Below are positions 9,316-16,411 of a stretch of 32,000 nt of DNA, in pieces. Each line of letters begins with the position of its first letter. The first letter of the stretch is position 1. The notes under the pieces were generated by a model, which saw only the letters and a program-made list of their open reading frames with translations, ran no database searches and was not told where the DNA came from. The position numbers and the translations under genes are program-made. This DNA comes from Microcystis aeruginosa NIES-2549 (lineage in GTDB: Bacteria > Cyanobacteriota > Cyanobacteriia > Cyanobacteriales > Microcystaceae), in assembly GCF_000981785.2 (NCBI RefSeq), contig NZ_CP011304.1:810001-842000 (forward strand), written 5' to 3'.

Positions 9316-9537
9316 CAGTGAACAGTAATCAGTAATCAGTGAACTGATAACTCATACTAAATCCGTTGAGTATAGGCTACATATCAGGACAGGCAAAAGG
9401 CAATAGGCTTCGGCCGTGAGCTCAGCCGAACGGCAATAGGCAAAAGGAGCAATAGATAATCAGTTTTTAATAACCAGATTTAGTATCACATCTGAAAACT
9501 GATGACTTACCCACTGATAACTGATAACTGATAACTG
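9316..9537. mobile_element. Composite MITE-like element: heptamer arrays flanking an ATACTAAATC...GATTTAGTAT inverted repeat with a central hairpin
   Basis: Heptamers (CAGTGAA/CAGTAAT/CTGATAA) lie at both ends. The terminal inverted repeat is at 9354-9363 and 9477-9486. A central near-palindrome TTCGGCCGTGAGCTCAGCCGAA is flanked by GGCAAAAGG/GGCAATAGG units. The right end recurs inverted at 29576-29622. Confidence 0.5.
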
Positions 9538-9622
9538 TTAATCTGGGGATTACCTAATGTTTACCTTGATACAGTAAAGTGGGGTTAAAATTGTTGGCCC
9601 CTCACCCAGGAGAACTTCGATC

Positions 9623-10225
9623 ATGTTGCTGACCTATAATCCCAACGTCTCACCCTTCCGAGAAGACTATAGCGAGAGTCGTCGGCTCCATTTTTATGAT
9701 CGCGGGGAAAATATTCCTCTGGTGGTTGATGGAGTCTGGCAAGTTTATCGGGGTATGGCGCAACTAAGTCAAATATCTGAGAGTGGAGAGGAAATTTTAC
9801 TAGGCTGGGTTCATTCATCCCACTTTTTTGGCTTAAATTTGACCCATCTGGAATCCTATCACGCCAGAGCCTTGTCGGAATTGTACCTAAAATGGTACAC
9901 GATCGCCGAAGTGGAAAATTCGGTGGAATTAACTAGGATGATGTTAAATCAAATGATCCGTCGTCAACAACAAACGGAATCCCTACTGGCAATCGCAGGA
10001 ATCAAACGAGTGGAGGAACGTCTTCAGCAGTTACTACAGTTATTAAAGCGGGAAATGGGAGAACCAATCGCCCAAGGCAGTCGTTTAAAGATACGTTTAA
10101 CCCATCAAAATCTCGCCAATGCTATCGGTACCACGAGAGTAACGGTGACGCGTTTATTAGGCGAATTTCAGCGTCAGGGAGCGGTGAGTATCGATTGCGA
10201 TCGCCATTTAATTATTCACGATTAA
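9623..10225 (+). CDS. Crp/Fnr-family transcriptional regulator
   Basis: The C-terminal helix-turn-helix RLTHQNLANAIGTTRVTVTRLLGEFQRQG is typical of the Crp family. The N-terminal part looks like a cNMP-binding-like beta-roll. A GGAG Shine-Dalgarno precedes the ATG. Confidence 0.8.
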   Translation: MLLTYNPNVSPFREDYSESRRLHFYDRGENIPLVVDGVWQVYRGMAQLSQISESGEEILLGWVHSSHFFGLNLTHLESYHARALSELYLKWYTIAEVENSVELTRMMLNQMIRRQQQTESLLAIAGIKRVEERLQQLLQLLKREMGEPIAQGSRLKIRLTHQNLANAIGTTRVTVTRLLGEFQRQGAVSIDCDRHLIIHD

Positions 10226-10240
10226 GTCAGACAATTTTAA

Positions 10241-11134
10241 TCAGATCCCGCCCACTAATTGCCAAGCTAATTTAGCAGCCCCCACCATCCCAGCGCGATT
10301 ACCTAACTCGGCCGTTAACACCTCTAATCCTTCTCTGGAACTAGGTAACACCCGTCTTTCGATTTCTGTGAGCAGAGAGGGAAAGAAAAACCTAGCACTG
10401 GCACTAATGCCGCCGCCGATAATTACCGCCTCTGGGGTGAGAACATAGAGTAAACTGGCGATACCAGCCCCCAGTAAACAACCGTAACCCTGCCAGAATT
10501 CTAAAGCCTCTCGATCGCCTTTTTCGGCCAATTCCGCCAATTGCTTCGGTTCTTTGCCAGTCATCCGGCGAATAGCTTGCAGGGAAGCGTACTGTTCCAA
10601 GGAACCCTGATTACCGCTATTGCACAATGGACCGTCAAAATTGAGGGTTATTAAGCCTAATTCTGCGGCTGTTCCCTTGCTGCCGACAAATAAGTGACCA
10701 TCGAGGATAATTGCCCCTCCTACTCCCGTTCCCAAGGTCAACAGGATCAAGTTTTGAAACCGTTTGCCCGCTCCTAACCAAGCTTCCCCTAAACCGGCAC
10801 AATTGGCATCATTGGCTAAAATTGTCGGCATTCCCGTGCTTTCTTCTAACCAATCGGCCAGGGGAATATCCCGCCATCCTGCCAAATTAATCGCTATTTT
10901 GGCAATTCTTCCCTGAGCATCCGTCGGCCCTGGCGTTCCCACACCGATGGCTTGACAACTTTTATCTAAATTTACTTGACAAATGCCTTGATGTATGGTA
11001 TGGGCGACTTCTTTGGGTGTAGCGGGTTGGGGAGTGGGCAAGGTGAGAGATTCGAGACAATTGCCCTCTTGGTCAAATTTACCAATTTTAATAGCGGTTC
11101 CACCTAAATCGACACCTATTACTGTTTTCACCAT
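10241..11134 (-). CDS. ROK-family sugar kinase (glucokinase-like) lacking the canonical zinc motif
   Basis: The N-terminal IGVDLGGT..K, then ANDAN.A.LGE and LGTG.GG, are ROK/ASKHA motifs. Confidence 0.85.
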   Translation of the reverse strand: MVKTVIGVDLGGTAIKIGKFDQEGNCLESLTLPTPQPATPKEVAHTIHQGICQVNLDKSCQAIGVGTPGPTDAQGRIAKIAINLAGWRDIPLADWLEESTGMPTILANDANCAGLGEAWLGAGKRFQNLILLTLGTGVGGAIILDGHLFVGSKGTAAELGLITLNFDGPLCNSGNQGSLEQYASLQAIRRMTGKEPKQLAELAEKGDREALEFWQGYGCLLGAGIASLLYVLTPEAVIIGGGISASARFFFPSLLTEIERRVLPSSREGLEVLTAELGNRAGMVGAAKLAWQLVGGI

Positions 11135-11293
11135 CGGGCTTTCCTTGTTACTCTGGGAGTAGCTAGGTTTATTATCACTCTTTTTGGCGGTTTTTTCGCA
11201 GTTAGATCTGATTGAGAGGATAATTCGGCTAAACTGGCAAAACTAGCTGATTGATTAGCCCCAAATTTCTTCTATAGTTTAGATACCTGCAGC

Positions 11294-11417
11294 TTAAGTA
11301 GGTGGGTGGAATTAAATATAAAATGAACGTAGGTTGGGCTGAAGCATGAAACCCAACTCCCGCATGGGTTACGCTACCGCTAACCCATCCTACAAATAAT
11401 TGTGCCTACCTACTTAA
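11294..11417. mobile_element. MITE-like element with TTAAGTAGGTGGG / CCTACCTACTTAA termini
   Basis: The 13-nt terminal inverted repeats match at 12 of 13 positions. Inside are the hairpins GTTGGG..CCCAAC and GGGTTA..TAACCC, typical of small cyanobacterial repeat elements that I recognise from other genomes. Confidence 0.55.
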
Positions 11418-11442
11418 CTCCTGATTTTTACCGATTTTAAAA

Positions 11443-11934
11443 ATGATGAATATTACCATCCCCACTCTCTACGATAGCGATTATCAACTTTGGTTAGAAA
11501 ACACTATCAACCAATTGCGTCAAGGCGATTTTCAAGGGGTAGATTGGCAGAATTTATTAGAGGAGTTGGCAGATTTGGGGAAAAGTGAACGAAGAGCATT
11601 AGCCAGTTTATTAACTCGACTTTTAGAACATTTACTGAAGTTAACTTACTGGCAATCCCAACGGGATTATAATCAAGCAGGATGGAAAGGGGAAATTAGA
11701 ACCTTTCGGAAACAAATCAAGAAAATACTGAGAGATAGTCCCAGTCTCAAACCCTATTTATGCGAGATACTTGAGGAATGTTACAGCGATGCTCGGGAGA
11801 TAATTATTGATATAACCCAATTAGATGCCAGTATTTTCCCTGGGGAAGTGTCAGCTAGTCTAGAGGAGATTCTCGATGAAAATTGGCTGCCGGATTGGGA
11901 AGCTATCAGCAAGGATTCTGAAAAGTGCAATTAA
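11443..11934 (+). CDS. DUF29-family protein (paralog 1)
   Basis: LYD.DY.LW...T...LR.GDF...DW.NL.EEL..LGKSERRAL.S.L..LL.HLLK..YW matches my memory of DUF29. The start may be the second ATG at 11446. Confidence 0.8.
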   Translation: MMNITIPTLYDSDYQLWLENTINQLRQGDFQGVDWQNLLEELADLGKSERRALASLLTRLLEHLLKLTYWQSQRDYNQAGWKGEIRTFRKQIKKILRDSPSLKPYLCEILEECYSDAREIIIDITQLDASIFPGEVSASLEEILDENWLPDWEAISKDSEKCN

Positions 11935-11947
11935 GGAGTAAAAAATC

Positions 11948-12439
11948 ATGAATATTACCATCCCAAATCTTTACGATAGCGATTATCAACTTTGGTTAGA
12001 GTCCACTATCAACCAATTGCGTCGGGGGGATTTTCAAGCGGTAGATTGGCAGAATTTATTAGAGGAGTTGGCAGATTTGGGAAAAAATAATCGACGAGCG
12101 CTTAAGAGTCTCTTAACTCGACTTCTAGAACATTTACTGAAGTTAACCTACTGGCAATCCCAACGAGATTACAACCAAGCGGGATGGAAAAAAGAAATCA
12201 GGAATTTTCGCCTACAAATTGCTGATCTTTTAGCAGATAGTCCCAGTTTAAAGTCCTATTTAAGGGAAATTTTAGCAAAATGTTATCTCGATGCTCGCAA
12301 TCTGCTTATTGACGAAACCCAATTAGATGCCAGTATTTTCCCCGGGGAAGTGTTAGCTAATCTAGAGGAGATTCTCGATGAAAATTGGTTGCCGGATTGG
12401 GAAGATATAAACAGGGATAAATCTTCCGAGGTGAACTAA
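11948..12439 (+). CDS. DUF29-family protein (paralog 2, tandem duplicate)
   Basis: It is collinear with the preceding ORF and about four-fifths identical by my hand alignment. Only 13 nt separate the two. Confidence 0.8.
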   Translation: MNITIPNLYDSDYQLWLESTINQLRRGDFQAVDWQNLLEELADLGKNNRRALKSLLTRLLEHLLKLTYWQSQRDYNQAGWKKEIRNFRLQIADLLADSPSLKSYLREILAKCYLDARNLLIDETQLDASIFPGEVLANLEEILDENWLPDWEDINRDKSSEVN

Positions 12440-12448
12440 AGATTAGCT

Positions 12449-12829
12449 TCACCTACCCGGTTTACAGACATTATAGTCCTCGTGAGAGATCACCGCCTCC
12501 GGGACGAGGAGATTGCCGTAGTCGCGACAGATGAGGCGATAATTGCGGGTAACGGGGATACTGATAATAAAGCGATCGTGTCGCAATCGTTTCCCGTGGA
12601 AATCTCGATAATTGCGGTGATCTTGCAATCCTTGCAGGATTTCCCTAGCTTTAAGTACCACATTTTTCGGTAATTCCCGCAGATCGATCGGATCTTCGGA
12701 AAAAGTGGCTTCCCAGGCATTTTTTTGACGTTTTCTTTCTTCCCAAGCGGCGTCCCGTTGAGCGCAATGATGGCAGACTTGGCCATAGCCCTTGTGACCA
12801 CAGGGAAACTTCTTCTTTCTTCTGGACAT
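12449..12829 (-). CDS. ParE/RelE-fold toxin-like protein with an N-terminal Cys/His (zinc-knuckle-like) cluster
   Basis: The C-terminal GKRLRHDRFIISIPVTRNYRLICRDYGNLLVPEAVISHEDYN follows the RelE/ParE pattern (kLkG..ysiRi...yRliy......v.i.....H.dY). The N-terminal part is KKKFPCGHKGYGQVCHHCAQ. Confidence 0.6.
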   Translation of the reverse strand: MSRRKKKFPCGHKGYGQVCHHCAQRDAAWEERKRQKNAWEATFSEDPIDLRELPKNVVLKAREILQGLQDHRNYRDFHGKRLRHDRFIISIPVTRNYRLICRDYGNLLVPEAVISHEDYNVCKPGR

Positions 12830-13035
12830 AATACCATCTGTCTGTAAGGCTGTGAGAGAGCATTCAAAAGCGGTAAAGCTTGCTTCATTTTTGGCAGATG
12901 GAGAAGAAAGTCTTTACCTAGTGATTATCTATACTTACCAGCATACAGTGATCGATACCTCGTTTGGCCATTGACCAGGAAGAAAGTTGATCTTGGTTAG
13001 TGAGGGTCTGCTGTCACCAACAGGATTAAGGCTGC

Positions 13036-14088
13036 TTAGAATAATTCCCATTCTTGGGTTCTTAAACGTTTGAGAATGGCCAAACGGCTACTAAAATAAT
13101 TAGCACAGAGACGACTATAATCAGTTAAACGCAGGTTATTTAAGCTAATTGACCAAGACCAAATATAGGCCGCTTGGGTGAGATACTGAAGACAAGATAA
13201 TTCACCATCGGTTAAAGGTACTGTTTTATCGTAACCTTGAATAAAACCGTGGCGAACCTGGCGATTTAAGCCAGATTGTAGGGAAACTTGCAGAAATTTA
13301 GCGATATCAAAAACTCGCCAACCATAACCACACTGATCGAAATCAAATAGGGTCATCTGATTATCAGGGGTGATATGCACATTACCACTATGAGGATCGC
13401 CCCAACAAATGCCCCAATAGGGAGATTCTGTCGGTAATTTAGCGGTTTTTTCTTCTATTTCCCCAATGGTTTCTAAAACAAAGTCTAGGTCCCTCGGTCG
13501 TTGGTGCAGAAAAGGTGCGATAATTTGCAGGGAATCCTCGAGAAGATATTTGAGGTTGAGGGGATGACGATAGGCTAGGGGTTGAAAATCTGCTGTCACC
13601 CGATGTAAATTAGCCACGATTGCCCCTAAGTGATAGGCTTGTTGTATATCTATATCCCCAATAGCAATTCCCCCAGGGGCATAGGGAAAGAGGACGGCGT
13701 AACGTTTCCCTTCTGGGGCATTAATTTCTAGGGATAAATCACCGTTTTTTGTGCGAATTGGGGCGGCGACGGGAACCTGAGAGCGATCGAGATAATCTAA
13801 TAATTCTAACTCGAAGTCGATTTCCATTTTGCTGCGCCAATGGCAGTGAGATACGCGCAAAATGTAGGGAGTTGTCAGGGTTTCGAGGAGATAGACATCA
13901 CTTAAACCCCGATGCCAAAATTGACAATTTTTCGGTACATCAATCTCGTAACGAGAAAAAACTAAATCTGCTAGGGCAGCGGGAGCAAGAGTGGAGTAGA
14001 GTGTGGGAAAAGTCCATTCTCCGGTCTGAAAATTAGTAGCAGGAGAACTAGAAGGCAGTAAATTGAGCGAAGCCAGAAAAGTCGTCAC
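13036..14088 (-). CDS. Aminoglycoside-phosphotransferase / homoserine-kinase-II-type (APH family) kinase
   Basis: The catalytic-loop-like GDPHSGNV and the FDFDQCGYGWRVFD metal-binding motif are present, with an N-lobe typical of the phosphotransferase enzyme family. The track ORF starts at TTG 14106. I prefer GTG 14088 because GGAGG lies 5 nt upstream, but the start is uncertain. Confidence 0.75.
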   Translation of the reverse strand: MTTFLASLNLLPSSSPATNFQTGEWTFPTLYSTLAPAALADLVFSRYEIDVPKNCQFWHRGLSDVYLLETLTTPYILRVSHCHWRSKMEIDFELELLDYLDRSQVPVAAPIRTKNGDLSLEINAPEGKRYAVLFPYAPGGIAIGDIDIQQAYHLGAIVANLHRVTADFQPLAYRHPLNLKYLLEDSLQIIAPFLHQRPRDLDFVLETIGEIEEKTAKLPTESPYWGICWGDPHSGNVHITPDNQMTLFDFDQCGYGWRVFDIAKFLQVSLQSGLNRQVRHGFIQGYDKTVPLTDGELSCLQYLTQAAYIWSWSISLNNLRLTDYSRLCANYFSSRLAILKRLRTQEWELF

Positions 14089-14371
14089 GGTTCCCTCCCG
14101 ATGCAAGTATGGACAACGCTCGCATCATCCTATTTTATAGGCCACATATATTACAAATTGGTTCGATCGCTCCGTATATTTCGCTACATTCCTCTGTTAA
14201 TCAGTCTTTAAGTAGTCAGGCAAAATTAATTACCGACCACAGAGGGCTGAAAGCCTTGCTAGACAAGGATCGCTATGGGTAAATAATTTTACCCAGATAC
14301 TTGATATCCCCTACTGCCCGCTCTCGACGATTATTTTAAATGCCTAAAAGTTGAGCCTGAAAAAATATTGC

Positions 14372-15058
14372 TTATCTTGATTCTTCCTGACTGAGATGAC
14401 GTAGTTTATCTCGAAAATAGCCAAAGCTGGGCGATCGATTAATATCCACATTCATCTGAGGAGAAATATTTTCTGCCCAGACTGTTTTCTCTTGACCCAC
14501 AGAAGCTCCACCTAACTTAGATAATTGTTTCGCTCCACCTCTGTATATAGCATCTGCCAGTTTTTCCCAAGTACCACAGATACTATCATTAATATAGGAA
14601 TCCAAGATAGCACTTTTGGCCTGGGGATAAGCAATTTTTATGGCATTAATATCACCTAAATACCAAGCTTCTCCTTCTTCAATAGCAATACAGAAGTAAA
14701 TTTGGGATTGGATAGCAGATTTTTCCAGACAATTGCTTAATTCCTCTCGAAATTCCCGAAAACATCGATTATCCAGATCGCAAACCACGATCAGTACAGC
14801 AGCATAATTATCAGGGTAACTAGAAAAAGTTTTATCATATCCTTGAATCAGTTTAGGTAGTCGCTCAAGAAGAATCCGTTTGCTCGGATCGGAAACAGAC
14901 TGTAAGTCTCTGGGAAGATGACCACTGCCTTTATAGGAATGAACCCTAAATGTATGACCTGCATTCATGTCAATAATCCTAGGAATTAGAATATCAAGTG
15001 CTTTTTTTCCCGACAAATCCTCAACCAAAATTTCAAAGTGCATGACCTTATCTCTCAT
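14372..15058 (-). CDS. Small TOPRIM-like protein (DUF4276-like), partner of the upstream ATPase
   Basis: The acidic motifs HFEILVEDLSG, VVCDLDN and IAIEEGEAWYLGD fit the E...DxD...ExEA[WL] pattern I associate with DUF4276 and OLD-type TOPRIM domains. The start is ATG 15058 (11-nt overlap with the ATPase) or ATG 15043 (4 nt after its stop). Confidence 0.65.
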   Translation of the reverse strand: MRDKVMHFEILVEDLSGKKALDILIPRIIDMNAGHTFRVHSYKGSGHLPRDLQSVSDPSKRILLERLPKLIQGYDKTFSSYPDNYAAVLIVVCDLDNRCFREFREELSNCLEKSAIQSQIYFCIAIEEGEAWYLGDINAIKIAYPQAKSAILDSYINDSICGTWEKLADAIYRGGAKQLSKLGGASVGQEKTVWAENISPQMNVDINRSPSFGYFRDKLRHLSQEESR

Positions 15059-16337
15059 CTAAGTAATCACTATACCAAAGACTACCAAGGGGCAATCCTT
15101 CTGAGACGAGATTCTTGATTAAGGGATTGTCACTGGCCCGTTTAATCCGAGAAAAACCATCATCACCTTTTTCCAGAATCCAAACTTCTTCCGGCTGGAG
15201 AGCATCAACAAAATAAGGTTGATGAGTGGTGATAAAAATTTGAGAACGTCCTCTCTGTCCTGTGGCGTGTTTTCTAAATTCTTGAGCCAAGGTTTCTAAT
15301 AGTTTATGGTATAAGCCGTTTTCTGGCTCTTCAATACAGATAAATGGCGGTGGAGAAGGGTCTTCTAACAGTAAGAGATAGGCGAATACTTTTAAAGTAC
15401 CATCGGACATTTGCTGTACATAAAATGGGTCTTGGAATCCCCGATCATTAAATTTTAATAGTAGTCGATTATCGGGACTTTTTTCGGTGCTAATTTTTTC
15501 TATACCCGGTATCTTACGAGAAATACTATTAAGTATATTCTGAAATTTCTTGGAATGCTCTCTTTCCATAAACTGCACCACATTACCGAGATTATCTCCA
15601 TGGATATTGAGATGTTTCTGGGGTCCTGCTAGGGGCAAACTTCTGGCCGCATCGGGAGTAAAATAGCTGAGATACCATCCCTCAATAAATCTCCGAAATA
15701 GGGAAATTCTCGGATGCTGTTTGAGAGAACCTAACGTAGCAATTCCTAGTTTGCGCTTATCATTCAGTTCCACTAACTCGGTTTCCTTGCTTTCCTCATC
15801 AGCTTCTCGTTGAATTTTTTCTATTAACTTAAATAAATCAAAATGGTCTTGACCTTCTTCTACTTGTTTCCCTTCTTCTTCTCCTTTCCAAACGATTCCT
15901 TTCCCTTCATCGAGGATTAAAAATGAACAAGGCCATCCGGTCTTTTGACCTTTTCTTCTCTGTCTGAGTCTTTCTTTTTTTACATAAGGTCTATTATCCG
16001 TATCTAGATCAATAGCTAATTCATAGGTAATTGGTCGGGAATTGTAATCTTCTTTGTAATAAATCTGAAATTCAATGCTTCCTTCCTGACCCTGGGAACG
16101 AAGACGATCAAACCCACCCCGACCTCGCGCATCACAAGCTTCTTCTACTCCTCCTTTAAGACAATCAGATAAAAAACCGAACGCATCAAAAAGTGTGCTT
16201 TTTCCCACACCATTTTTGCCGATAACGGCCGTCATCGGTGTCAGAGAATCTCGATTTTGAGTGTTCCATAACTTGCCCAGGGTTATATCCTTGAGCGCTC
16301 GATAATTTTTAATCCTCAATCCCTCAATTCCGGCCAT
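15048..16337 (-). CDS. ABC/SMC-type AAA_15/AAA_21-like ATPase (COG4637-like)
   Basis: It has Walker A GKNGVGKST (aa 40-48, nt 16194-16220), the signature-like MSDGT, Walker B FICIEEPENGLY and the H-loop FITTHQP. A charged insertion lies between the Walker motifs. Confidence 0.85.
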   Translation of the reverse strand: MAGIEGLRIKNYRALKDITLGKLWNTQNRDSLTPMTAVIGKNGVGKSTLFDAFGFLSDCLKGGVEEACDARGRGGFDRLRSQGQEGSIEFQIYYKEDYNSRPITYELAIDLDTDNRPYVKKERLRQRRKGQKTGWPCSFLILDEGKGIVWKGEEEGKQVEEGQDHFDLFKLIEKIQREADEESKETELVELNDKRKLGIATLGSLKQHPRISLFRRFIEGWYLSYFTPDAARSLPLAGPQKHLNIHGDNLGNVVQFMEREHSKKFQNILNSISRKIPGIEKISTEKSPDNRLLLKFNDRGFQDPFYVQQMSDGTLKVFAYLLLLEDPSPPPFICIEEPENGLYHKLLETLAQEFRKHATGQRGRSQIFITTHQPYFVDALQPEEVWILEKGDDGFSRIKRASDNPLIKNLVSEGLPLGSLWYSDYLDER

Positions 16338-16411
16338 TATTTAGTCCCGTTTCTCATTACTAAAGTAATTTGAGCAATTTCTTGATAGATTGATTCTAGA
16401 CCAGTTATCAA

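Noticed and set aside
12482-12888. ORFs 12482..12673(+), 12490..12888(-) and 12651..12863(-) overlapping the ParE-like gene
   Set aside because: They are out-of-frame overlaps with the ORF that carries the recognisable RelE/ParE pattern. I considered 12490..12888 as a possible antitoxin, but it overlaps almost the whole toxin-like gene in another frame and has no antitoxin-like features.
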